64,000 bases of DNA from Octopus vulgaris (Eukaryota). The notes beneath the pieces were generated by a model. The model saw only the letters and a list, made by a program, of their open reading frames with translations, did no database searches and was not told the origin of the DNA. The number at the start of each line of letters is the position of its first letter. Within the stretch, counting starts at the first letter, position 1. Location: the NCBI GenBank assembly GCA_951406725.2, contig OX597819.1, positions 114,142,001 through 114,206,000 on the forward strand. The letters are read 5' to 3'. The position numbers and the translations under genes are program-made. This document shows positions 25,486 through 36,793 of the stretch, piece after piece.

Positions 25486-25830
25486 GTTAAGTAGTTGTCT
25501 CACTGGGAAATTGGGATCGTTAGTACCTCTCCCTGGTATAGAGCTGAACTGCAGCTCATCTAAGATTATTCTGCCCCTAGTCAGTTGTACTCTCTTTCCA
25601 CAGCTTTATAATCAGATCCATCAATTTGATGCCTCTGTTGTAACCCTCTCTAATTCATCTTTGCTCTTGTGGTGTTAGTTTATGATAATGCTACTACACC
25701 AGTTGCTGTCATGATCTCTCCCAGCTCTGCTTGACTTACTATGTAAGTGGTTAGTATGTGACCTATTTTGCCCAGTATTTTAATCAACAAACTATCTCTA
25801 ACAGACCAAGTCTTCATATTGCTAACTGCT
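25486..25830 (-). mobile_element. RTE LINE reverse transcriptase relic, 5' part
   Basis: NWCSSIIIN...LDELQFSSIPGRGTND...VRQL; joins the 24163 piece across the mariner TA to read YLTRNKPLYL. Confidence 0.8.
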
Positions 25831-25879
25831 CCTGTCCTTATTCATGGGTTAAGAAATATAGCATGGATTTCTGTTCTTC

Positions 25880-26650
25880 ATAGAGAATTAGGTGCATCTT
25901 GGAAAATAGGGATAAAATATTCAATGTTAACAAACCCTGTGTGAAAACACCCAACAATATTTACCATTTCTGGGATTGGTATTTTGTAGAATATGCCTTT
26001 ATGTGTCCTTATCCATGATGTTAACATCTTCACAAAAGTGGTTGTGTATTATTCTAGTTGTACTAATTACAAAAAGAAGGATTGACACATTCCTTAGCTA
26101 CAATAATGTTATTTAATTTAGCGGCTAGATTGATAAAATTCATTAGCTTTTCAGCTCACTGCCACTCAACATTATAATTATTTAATATTGCTATGGTAGT
26201 AATTAATATTCTATTGTCATTTTTGTCATAGAAAATGATGTCTTGTTTATTATGTTGAACTATAATGATAGAACACCATCTGGTGTTCTGTTTGTCTGAA
26301 AAGGCTCCATGGTATTTTAGCATTGTCAGTTTGTAAGATGTGGAAAAATTTCATACATTGCACATGGCTTCTTGTAGGAATAAATGATTAGAAGTACACA
26401 GGGTAGTTTTGTTACATTTTTGTGTCTCCAAGCAGAGATTCTTGGAAATTTGTGTTAAATAGCTTAATACAATGTGGTTTATTGTCTTAGAAAATAAAGC
26501 ACATGGGTAACATTGTTATTTGAATTGAAGATATTTCTTTCAATATATCTAGGGGCAATTGCTTGTTCTTGTATCGCAAATGTTGTTGTTATATCTGGAT
26601 TACGTTGTTCCTTTAAGCTGGATTAGTTCATACTGACCAGATTATTATTA
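25880..26650 (-). mobile_element. Old R4/Dong-type (RLE) LINE relic
   Basis: FAIQEQAIAPRYIERNIF...TINHIV...HNKQDIIFYDKNDNRILITTIAILNNYNV (cf. HNRPDII...DIAIP). Confidence 0.6.
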
Positions 26651-26919
26651 TGGGTTTAATTATGATAATATGCATGTGTGTTGTTTGTTCCATCTCATAA
26701 GGTCAATAAAATGAAATACCTGTCACATACAGGAGTTGATATAAGAAACTGTACCCTCTTGGATAATATGCAGGTCGCTTTGTGCCTGTAATTATCATTA
26801 ATTGCAGTTGATGGACTAAATAGTAGAGCATCAGACACAATGTAATAGCACACCTTTGATACAAGTCTGATGAAGTGCCTCTCCAAAGTCTAAAACTGCA
26901 AATATTGCCAGGGCCATGG

Positions 26920-27313
26920 ATTGGCTCCTGTGCCGGTGACACATGAAAAGCACCATTCGAGTATGATCAGTGCTAGCGTTACTTTACTGGCACATATGCT
27001 GGTGGAACATGAAAAACAACATTCGAGCATGGTCGTTACCAGTGCTGCCAGACTGACTCCCGTGCAGGTAGCACGTAAAAACGCCTTTTTAGCGTGGTCG
27101 CTAGCAGTACTGCCTGGCTGGCCCTTGTGTTGATGGCATGTAAAAGCACCCACTACACTCTCAAAGTGGTTGGCATTAGGAAGGGCATCCAGCTGTAGAA
27201 ACTTTGTCAGATCAGATTGAGCCTGGTGCAGCTTATGGCTCACCAGTCCTCAGTCAAACCATCCAACCCATGCCAGCATGGAAAGCGGACGTAAAACGAT
27301 GATGATGATGATG
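26920..27313 (+). mobile_element. RTE 3' UTR fragment (family C) with ~3.5 internal repeats
   Basis: Repeated gtgccggtggcacgtaaaaagcaccattcgagc..-like units, then the family tail and (GAT)n. Confidence 0.85.
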
Positions 27314-27584
27314 TGACTTTTTCTTTAGAATTTTTGTGTAAACTGGTGTTGCAAATGGAGATGGTATGCAAACATTTGTAACTTATAATTAAAGAATTTT
27401 CCTTGTCTTCTTCTTTGACAAACCATATGATAGTACAATTGATGTGAAACTTGAATTTTCTACACCTGAAGTATTCTGGCTTTGGCTTGGATCCCAACTG
27501 TGTTGATAGCCCAGTATTCGTGTCAAGTGCTGCTCTGGAAATACCCCAACTTCACACCCTACCTGACCTTAGCATATATATATT

Positions 27585-28095
27585 TGTGTCTATCTGTGTG
27601 TGTGTGTATCTTTGTGTCTGTGTTTGTCATCATTCTTTCCCCAGTGCTTCATAGTTGGTGTCGGTTTGTTTACATCCCCTTAACTGTTTGGCAAAAGAGA
27701 GGAACAGAATAAGTACCAGACTTAAGTAAATGTAAGTCCTGGGGGTCAATTTCTTTGACTAAAATCTTTCAAATTGGTACCCCAGCATGGTCGCACTCCA
27801 CTGCCTGAAACAAGTAAATGGTGAAAGATGAGAGATATATGTGGAGCATCAAAAGAGCCTTTACATAGTCACTCAACCTGCTAGAAATAACAACTAAATT
27901 TCCCTTAAAACAGTTATCAAAGACTACTTTGGATAATGTAGTGTAAGATATATATTTATTTAGTTTCATTTTATATCATGTATGTTGTGAACAATAGTAT
28001 TGTTGGCTATGGTTAGACCTCAAACATCGAAGCATGATGGACAAGGAGTACTCTGTGTAATAACTGATTGTTCAGAAAATTGATCTGATCTTAAA
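27585..28095 (+). repeat. Inverted duplication, left arm (right arm 30729-31232)
   Basis: ORF 27769..27969(-) and ORF 30855..31055(+) are near-identical; the match extends across SINE tail plus flanking DNA. Confidence 0.9.
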
Positions 28096-28102
28096 GAGGC
28101 CA

Positions 28103-28189
28103 AAGGCCAACAAGTCTTAGGATCTGATGATACGCCATAAAGACTATCTTTATGGCAAGAAACCCAGGGCAACCCTATGAACAGGCCTT
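28103..28189 (+). ncRNA. Type-I hammerhead motif, decayed
   Basis: aaggcc..aggau-CUGAUGA-uac-gccauaaaga-cua-ucuuuauggc-aa-GAAAC-ccagg-gca-acccu..ggccuu; perfect 10-bp stem II, cleavage triplet mutated. Confidence 0.6.
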
Positions 28190-28534
28190 CACCAGTAATA
28201 AATATAGACTGCTCTACTTCTTAGAGTATGCTTCTTCTTCATTTTTATGTTTTGCTAAAAAAAAAAACAATACACACACACACACACATGTATGTGTGCA
28301 TATGTGTGTGTCTCTGTGTGCCCTTATGTTGCAAAATCTTTAATGACCCTCATAAATGTGTTTCTGTTTCTCTTTTCCTCTTTTCCTTCTTTATTTCTCT
28401 TTTTCTCCTTTCTCTCATTGCCTTGGATTCTGTCACATGCAATTTATCTCTACTTTCAGGACGTATTTTTTACTTGTTTTCTATCTTGCTTCTTTCCATA
28501 TGAACTCTTGATGTACTTATCCTTATACATACAT

Positions 28535-28610
<76 letters not shown>

Positions 28611-28804
28611 ACACACACACACACACACATGCATGCAGTCCACTTCCTGGTGGGGTTTCTCCTATCTAACTCCTGAATTTATTTCCTACATACATTTATG
28701 CATTTTTCATTGGTAATGCCTTTCTCTGTGTGTATGTGTGTGTGTGTGTGTGTGTGTGTACACATATAGTCTAAAAGATTAATACAGAATACAGAGTTTA
28801 ACTA

Positions 28805-28935
28805 GAAGCATTTATTAGCACAACAATCAGTTCAGCTTCATTCTGCACTGCTCCCTAGCAGGCATGGAATGATGTAATAGCACCAGATGCAATGCACAAT
28901 GCAAAAGAGCCTCATCGGATGATGTAAGATGCTTC
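28805..28935 (-). ncRNA. Type-I hammerhead-like motif, decayed
   Basis: Minus: gaagcau..cau-CCGAUGA-ggcucuuuugcauug...cagugcagaaugaagcu-GAAC..gug-cuaauaa-augcuuc; GAAA has lost an A. Confidence 0.5.
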
Positions 28936-29233
28936 ACAAGTTCCCAGATTTACATATATGTATGTATGTATTTATTTATGTATGTATTTATTTGTGTATG
29001 TATGTATGTATGCATGTATGTGTGAGTGTATATATGTATGCATTTATGTATGTATGTATAAGGATACATTTCATTTTCACTTCAAGTTATATGCTGATGG
29101 TGTGATTCTAGCAGTTTGGATACATTTGGTAAAGTAAATCTGTGAACTTGTGAAGCATCTTTCATCACCTGATGAGGCTCTTTTAAAATATACCCTATGT
29201 GCACCTCAGAATTCTGAATGTAGATCCAACGAC

Positions 29234-29327
29234 AAATGTACAGTATCACTGATGATAGCCTTAAGCAGTGAACGTGCTCTGCAAGCATCTGGGACTTACC
29301 CTGAAACAAGGTTGGGATACTACATTT
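29234..29327 (+). ncRNA. Type-I hammerhead-like motif, decayed
   Basis: aaaugu(ac)aguauca-CUGAUGA-...-GAAAC-aagguug-ggauacuacauuu; 12-bp bulged stem I, weak stem II, no clean NUH. Confidence 0.45.
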
Positions 29328-29382
29328 AACACCTACATTCTAAACCTTAATTCTTTAATTCTAAATTTGATATATATATGTA

Positions 29383-29772
29383 TGCCCGTGCTAGTAGGGT
29401 GCCAAGAGCACCATCTGAGCGTGATCGTTGCCAGAGCAGCCAACTGCCTTCCATGCCAGTGGCACGTAAAAGGGCGCCATTCGAGCATGATCATTACCAA
29501 CGTCGCCTTACTGGCACCTGTGCTGGTGGCATGTGTAAAAAGATTCGAACGAGGTTGTTGCCAGTACCGCCTGACTGGCCCCCGTGCCGGTGGCACGTAA
29601 AAAGCACCCACTACACTCTCGGAGTGGTTGGCTTTAGGAAGGGCATCCAGCTGTAGAAACTCTGCTAAATCAAGATTGGAGCCTGGTGAAGCCATCTGGT
29701 TCGCCCGCCCTCAGTCAAAATCGTGCAACCCATGCTAGCATGGAAAGCGGATGTTAAACGATGATGATGATG
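29383..29772 (+). mobile_element. RTE 3' UTR fragment (family C), CpG-rich
   Basis: Internal repeats plus the family tail and (GAT)n. Confidence 0.85.
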
Positions 29773-29812
29773 TATATATATGTGTGTGTGTATGTGTGTG
29801 TGTGTGCATGTA

Positions 29813-29860
<48 letters not shown>

Positions 29861-30728
29861 TTTCACAAACTTCCATACAAAAACATGGACTAAAATCTTC
29901 TTAAGAAAATATGAAATTACAATAATTTGAATGTCATGATAAGTGAAAGCGAAACCGGTCAACTAACACAATACTCTTTTGTTTACAGAATACATTAAAA
30001 AGATATATTAAAACTATGTAAGCTGTATGCATTTTCCTTCTTTTATTATGTGTGTGTATGTGTGTGTGTGCGTGCATGTGTGTGTGTGACTGACCCAGTG
30101 GTGACCTATAAAATCAAACCTTGGTTATCCAAATATCAATTATCTAAATTTCAAATTTGATTCCAAGGTCCCATAGATATGCTTCTGTAACCTCAACTTG
30201 AGAATAGTACTGAAGTTATCATTTATTCTAGTATTTACAATGGCTAAAAGTGAACTTGAATTGCTGAAGAAAATATAAAAACACTACATCAAAGGGATTT
30301 TACTGGGACTGGTGCAACACTTACATCTTTTGTTTGCAGAATACCACATATTGATCAGTTCACTAGTTTGATCTCAGTCGGTCACTTTAAACAGTGTTAA
30401 AACAATTATAACAAATAAAATCAGACATGCTGAAGGATTTAAAAGCATGGCACAATCTGCAGAGTCTTCATTCACTCTATGAATCTGTTCCAATTATGTA
30501 TCTGTTTCAAGTAATCTAGTTTGTTACTATCATCATATCTTTGAAGAGAAAACAAATACTATTAACAAATGAATAGATAAGTGGGATTTTATAGCATCTG
30601 GATCATGGTTAAAAGGCACCAAAGATTGTAAGAGTACAACACATTTTATTGATTGAATGACATGAAAAGAAAAAAAAACTCTGTAAATATACTTTTCTGT
30701 GTAATTGTGTATAGTATGGCTTCCTTTG

Positions 30729-31232
30729 TTTAAGATCAAATCAATTTTCTGAACAATCAGTTATTACACAGAGTACTCCTTGTCCATCATGCTTAGATGT
30801 TTGAGGTCTAACCATAGCCAACAATACTATTGTTCACAACATACATGATATAAAATGAAACTAAATAAATATACATCTTACACTACATTATCCAAAGTAG
30901 TCTTTGATATCTGTTTTAAGGGAAATTTAGTTGTTATTTCTAGTAGGTTGAGTGACTATGTAAAGGCTCTTTTGATGCTTCACATATATCTTTTATCTTT
31001 CACCATTTACTTGTTTCAGGCAGTGGACTGCGACCATGCTGGGTCACCAATTTGAAAGATTTTAGTCAAAGAAATTGACCCCAGGACTTACATTTTCTTA
31101 AGTCTGGTACTTATTCTGTTCGTCTCTTTTGCCAAACAGTTAAGGGGATATAAACAAACCAACACCAACTATGAAGCACTGGGGAAGGAATGATGACAAA
31201 CACAGACACAAAAACACACATAGATAGACACA
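30729..31232 (-). repeat. Inverted duplication, right arm
   Basis: Reverse complement of 27585-28095. Confidence 0.9.
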
Positions 31233-31669
31233 CACACACACACACAAGCATTTATTAGCACAACCATCTTTAATACTAAAATTGACTTATGTATGTATGT
31301 ATGTATGTATATTCAGGTGGTGCTCCAGCATGGCTGCAGTCAAATGACTGAAACAAATATAAGAATAGAAGAATATATCAGTGTGTTTTAATTTGCATGA
31401 GCTGTACAGAAACTTTTTGTCACTCTTAACACTGGATGAATATATATATGTGTGTGTGTGTGTATGAGGTAATGGTATCCAGAAGACCCAGGATGGCAGG
31501 TAAGGCTATGTAAGTGCTACGGGAAGACCGTAGTCAAACTCTCAGTTCGATAATAATACAAGTGAGGAGTCTAATGTAGGTTTTATGTGAGCATGTATAT
31601 GTTAAATAAAATGAGACAACAAAGCCAAGGCTGTGTGGAATTTGTAGGACTTTTATAAAGAGAAGGGTA

Positions 31670-31717
31670 GTCTTACAACTGTTTCTGGGATATTAGGGAT
31701 ATCCCTTCATCGGAGAC
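31670..31717 (-). ncRNA. Compact type-I hammerhead motif with CCGAUGA core
   Basis: Minus: gucu-CCGAUGA-a-gggauau-cccua-auauccc-a-GAAAC-AGUU-GUA-agac; stems I (4 bp) and II (7 bp) are perfect. Confidence 0.7.
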
Positions 31718-32074
31718 GATAAGAGAGAGTTAACTAGAGGGAAATAGAGTTGAATATAAGGAGTTATTTTGGAAAAGGAAGGATATAGGAAGTATAAAGG
31801 GAAATAAGAGAATAAAAATAAAAGTAAAAAATATATGTAGGATGTTACAATTGCAGTTCCATTATCTAAGGAAAGGGCTGTGTGGAATGGGTAGAAATGC
31901 TTCTTGTCCTTGGAATGTAGATTCCGAGAGGAGTTCATATTTTGTTATTACAAGTGGATATTGTGGAGACATAAATTCCATGTGCTGTTCATTCAAATGG
32001 GTCTTGTGCTTGAGAAAAGTTGTCAAGCTAAGTAAAAGAGGCCAGCCATGCATACAGGCAAGTCCTTTATGGCT

Positions 32075-32315
32075 TGTGTCAGTGCCACATAAAAAGCATT
32101 TGTGTTGGTGCCACATAGAAAACACTTGTGCTGGCACCATGTAAATAGCCCTTGTGCTGGTGCCACATCCAAAACACTTGTGCCAACACCGCATAAGAGG
32201 CACTTGTGTTGGGGTCATGTACAAAAGCCCCCATCGCACTCTGTAAAATGGTCAAACCATCCAACCCATGCCAGCATGGAAAATGGATGTTGAATTATGA
32301 TGATGATGATGATGA
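32075..32315 (+). mobile_element. Family C variant with ~26-bp tandem units
   Basis: tgtgctggtgccacataaaaagcact-like unit x5-6, then aaaccatccaacccatgccagcatgg..(GAT)n. Confidence 0.75.
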
Positions 32316-32699
32316 TATACACACACACGAGCATGCAGTTTCCATCAACCAAGTCTAGCAAGCTACTACCTGTGGACTCTAGGTTACGGTAGAAGATACC
32401 AGAGACGCCACACAGTGGAAGCAAACCCTGAACCACATAGATGAGGTGCAAGTTTTTTTAACCATACAGTCACATTTGTGTCCATGATTAAAAACATGAC
32501 TGGAATCATTTGGTCATATGTCTTGCTTAATAAGGGCCAACCTCTGTCTTCACAACAACAACATGTTCAATTACTATTTTTTTCTCTTATCATCTGATGA
32601 AATCTATAACTTTTCCTTCATCCACATGTGGTATTCCACTCCCACTATGCATGTATACATGCATACATACATACACACACACTAAACATTTCCTTTTTG

Positions 32700-32739
<40 letters not shown>

Positions 32740-33837
32740 GTGTCTTTTTTTTTTGTTTTGCTGCCTCGTCTGATGGATGCCTGGTGCAGTCAGAATCAAT
32801 AATAATAATGAAAAAATGCAGTGATGCTGAATGCATTTGTGGCAACTGTTTATCTGAGGATGATGGAGAGGAGACAAAGAGGAGCTGTAAGAGAAGGAGG
32901 GACAGGAAAAGCAGTATGGCTGGCTGGGTAGATAGATGGATGGCTGTTGTTATTGGTGTTATTGTGAAACTTATATAACATTATGTGTATTTTCTTGGAG
33001 GCTAGCAGACAGCGGTTTTTCAACTTGTGTTGCTTATCAAATTGTATTATGTTACACATAAATATATACAATCAACTAATATCATCACTACCACCATCAC
33101 CACCACCATCATCATCATTTTAGTGTCCATTTTTCCGTGCTTGCATGGGTCAGATGGAATTTGTTGAGGCAGATTTTCTACAGTTGGATGTTCTTCCTGT
33201 CACCAACTCTTACTTGTTTCCAAACAAGGTAATATTTCCTTATGACTGAAGTAAGTTTCATGAAAAGCTGGGAACAAAGGACACTGCTTATAAGATGAGG
33301 ACACTTAAATAAGTACCAGTTACGCACTGCGGTCAATATATAATTGACTTAATCCGTTTGTCTATCTTTATTTGTCCCCTCTGTGTGTCGCCCCTTGTGG
33401 GTAGTAAAGAAATAAGATGAGGACACTTGCTTACAACTATCATATGATGCCGACACAAAAAGGCTCAAACACACACACACACGTGTATGATATGGGGTTT
33501 TTCCAATGTAAGGGTCGGCTAAAATGGTTGGTACAAGAAAGGATGTCTGGTTATGAAATACTGCCTAAAAATGTCTCATCCAACCCATGCCAGCTCATTT
33601 AAAGTGGATGTAAGAATGATGCTGCCACTCCCACCACCAGTGATGATGATGATGAGGAGGAGGAGGAGGAGGAAGGGGAAGGGCATATTCTATACTGATT
33701 GATACCTCTATGTAAGTAAATGGAAACTAATATACTAACATCCCCCCCTCCACCACTGCAGTATATTGCTGTCAGTGTTTTTAAACATGCCCGTGTAATC
33801 TTTTTAACAGTTCATTAATTAACTGATTAAAAGCTCT

Positions 33838-34200
33838 GTGGTAAGAAGTTTGCTTCCCAGTCACATGATTCTGAGTTCAGTCCCTACATATGGCACCTTA
33901 GGTAAGTGCCTTCAGCTATTGCCTTGGGCCAACCAATACCTTATGAGTGGTTTTGGTAAATGGAAACTGAAAGAAGCCCATCATGTGTGCATCTGTGTGT
34001 GTTGTGTGCTTTTGGTTCCTTGCTTTCACATTGTATGGTAGCTGTAAACAAGCATTATCAGCAAGCAAGCAGTGTACTTCATATACAATCTCTCATGAAA
34101 ACATGTCTGGCCATGGAGAAATATTACAGGACAGGATTGGTAACACAAAGAGCATCTGGTCAGAGAAAACCCTTTTCAATACTGTTTGACCCATGCAAGA
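33838..34200 (+). mobile_element. Older SINE with family-A tRNA head and RTE-type tail
   Basis: gtggtaagaagtttgcttccc...aaactgaaagaagccc, then body gaaaacatgtctggccatgg, then tail gacccatgcaag. Body and tail also at 33115-33300(-) and 51640-51900. Confidence 0.65.
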
Positions 34201-34201
34201 T

Positions 34202-35375
34202 GATTATTATTATTTTGGTTCAGCCTTATTCGTGGTATAAATTATGTGGATAGCAGGTTACTATCAGTAACCTTAGGTATCTACAAGTTTTCAGCTATAT
34301 TTCAAGTGCTTAGAACCTTCCTGATAATCCTTGCTGTCCCTAAGAGATAAACTTTTTGTTGGAGCTCTATTCTATTCCAATCTCCTTCAGCCATTTGTCT
34401 ATATCTTTGCTCACTGCTCCCAATGCACCAATTATTATAGGCATGATCTTTACTGTTCTCATGCTCCAAATTCTTCTTATTTCAAATTTTAAGGGATTGT
34501 ATTTTTATTGTTTTTCTTCCTCTTTCTTTATGGTCCTGGAATCAAACAGGCATAATGGGTTGATCAGTAAGCAACTTTGCTTATCTTTATCTATAATTGT
34601 TATGTCTGGTCTATTATTTTCTAATTTCTTGTCCATTTGAATAGGAAAGTCCCACAAAATCTTACATTTCTCCGACTCCAGTACTCTTTTGACTTGATGA
34701 TAATACCATGTGTTTCCAGCTTCAAATCTCCATTTCTGGCACAGTTTCCAGTGTAAAACTTTTACAACCTGGTCATGCCTCCATTTCTTATTTTCTTTCT
34801 GTGCCAACTTGGAGCATTCTGTCACAATGTGTACCACTGTCTCATTCCATATTCCACAGGTTCTACATTTTTCTGACACATTCTTTCCATATATAACTTT
34901 TCTCAGGTTTGTTTTTATCACTTAATCTTGGGCTGCTACAGTTGGGCTCTCTGTTCCTTTTTTTTATTACCCCTTTTTTAACCAAACCCAGGATTTTGGT
35001 CCACATATATCCTCAGTGGCTCTCGAAAATTGGTCATGCAGAGGTTTCTCTTCAATCTGTCTGACATACTCTCTTTGTATTTCATACTTGTCCTTTTTTC
35101 TTATGCATTTCATCACCTGTTTTTTATTCACTGTTTTTAGTAGTTTTTCTGTGATGCTCTGTAAATACTCTACTAAGCTTTTACTTTCCATCTGTACACA
35201 TTCTTCTTCTACTATTAAGCCTCTTCCATTCTGGTCACTTCTCAAGTACAGCCAGTTAATATCAGCTTTTGGATGGTGGGCTCCATACATTGTCAACAAC
35301 TTTCTAGTTTATCAGTCAAGTTTCTTTATATCGTTTCTGGTCTAGTCTATAATTCCAACTCCATATCTTATTAAG
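34202..35375 (-). mobile_element. R4/Dong-type (RLE) LINE 3' portion with (TAA)n tail
   Basis: HHPKADINWLYLRSDQNGRGL; CCHC knuckle KCRTCGIWNETVVHIVTEC; RHDQV; KILWDFPIQMDKKLENNRPDI (PD-(D/E)xK nuclease region). Confidence 0.85.
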
Positions 35376-35547
35376 TAGAGGCACAATGGCCCAGTGGTTA
35401 GGGCAGCGTACTCACGGTCAGAGGATTGTGGTTTCGATTCCCAGACCAGGCATTGTGTGTGTTTATTGAGCGAAAACACCTAAAAGCTCCACGAGGCTCT
35501 GGCAGGGGGGGGCAACCCCTGTTGTACTCTTTCACCCCCAACTTTCT
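35376..35547 (+). mobile_element. SINE family D, 3'-truncated
   Basis: gaggcacaatggcccagtggttagggcagc...ggtttcgattcccagacc; homologous to 1737-1910. Confidence 0.75.
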
Positions 35548-35569
35548 AATTATCATTTTATCAACTAAT

Positions 35570-35950
35570 GTTGATAAAATGATAATTAGAAATTGTAGAT
35601 GCAGATTGACAGGACTGAATGTAGCATTGCTAGATTAAAAAAAAAGCATATGACATGGTATCACACAGTTGGATAAGTAAAGCAATGAGCATGTTTGGAA
35701 TAGCAAAAAAATCATGGAGAAAATGCTTAGTGAAAGTATGAAACATTGGAACACTGAATTGATCAGAGGAAAACAAAAACTCGGAAAATGAACATCAGAT
35801 ATGGAATATTCCAAGGTGACAGCTTGTCCTCATTACAATTCGTATTGGCCACGGCACCGCTCACTACGACACTATAAAAATTTGAAATTGATAACAATTT
35901 GGGAAGAGGAAATGATCAGATAAATCATTTTTTCATGGATAATATAAAAT
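35570..35950 (+). mobile_element. R4/Dong-type RT segment, inverted relative to the adjacent 3' portion
   Basis: VDKMIIRNC...LD*KKAYDMVSHSWI...GIFQGDSLS...INHFFMDNIK (cf. YMDDIK). Confidence 0.8.
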
Positions 35951-36437
35951 GGAGAATAATAATATGCATCAGTTTCTGGGTGTTAGTTTTGTAGTTCCTG
36001 CATGCAAGATGGAAACATATAGACAACTCATGTGTGTGTGTGTGTGTGTGTGTATTATGATATATAAGAATATATACATAATCTATAGTATATAAGAATA
36101 TGTGTATGTGTGTGTGTGTGTGTAGATGTCTTGGTAAAAAATGTATTTGTGTATATGTTTATATGTATATTTGTATGAATGTGTATTTTTGTATATATAC
36201 ATATATGTGTATGCCTTTATGTATGTATATGTGTGTGTGCATATGTGTGTATATACATCTATATATTCTTAGTATGTTTTAGACCCATAAAAATGTTATA
36301 TGATTTGAAAGATTTTAATACAGTTTAGAATTAATCCTGATTTTCCTTGTCTAAATACATTGGGTTCTTGTAGAATACAGTTATCATAGTATTCTTTGAA
36401 ATCTCTGCTTGTCTGTTTCTCTCTCTCTCTCTCTCAC

Positions 36438-36472
<35 letters not shown>

Positions 36473-36726
36473 CACCCACTACACTCGCGGAGTGGTTGGC
36501 ATTAGGAAGGGCATCCAGCCGTAGAAACACTGCCAGATCAGACTGGGCCTGCTGCAGCCTTCTGGCTTCACAGACCCCAGTTGAACCGTCCAACCCATGC
36601 TAGCATGGAAAACGGACGCTAAATGATGATGATGATGATTGTATGTATGAGTGTTTATGTATATGTGTATTTATATATATATATATATCTAGCACGGAAA
36701 ATGGACGTTAAACGATGATGATGATG

Positions 36727-36793
<67 letters not shown>

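Noticed and set aside
29930-29965. Possible minimal hammerhead (catgataa-gt-gaaa-gc-gaaac-cg-gtc)
   Set aside because: Two core mismatches, 2-bp stem II and poor stem I; cannot be told from chance.
30325-30538. Possible minus-strand exon (ttctcttcaaag ... gtaagt)
   Set aside because: Stops in all three frames; no support for a non-coding exon either.
30490-30545. Minus-strand hammerhead-like atgatga...gaaacagataca
   Set aside because: No C3, no NUH triplet and no stem I.
32075-32230. CRISPR-like array
   Set aside because: Contiguous degenerate 26-bp units without spacers, inside a retroelement UTR in eukaryotic DNA.
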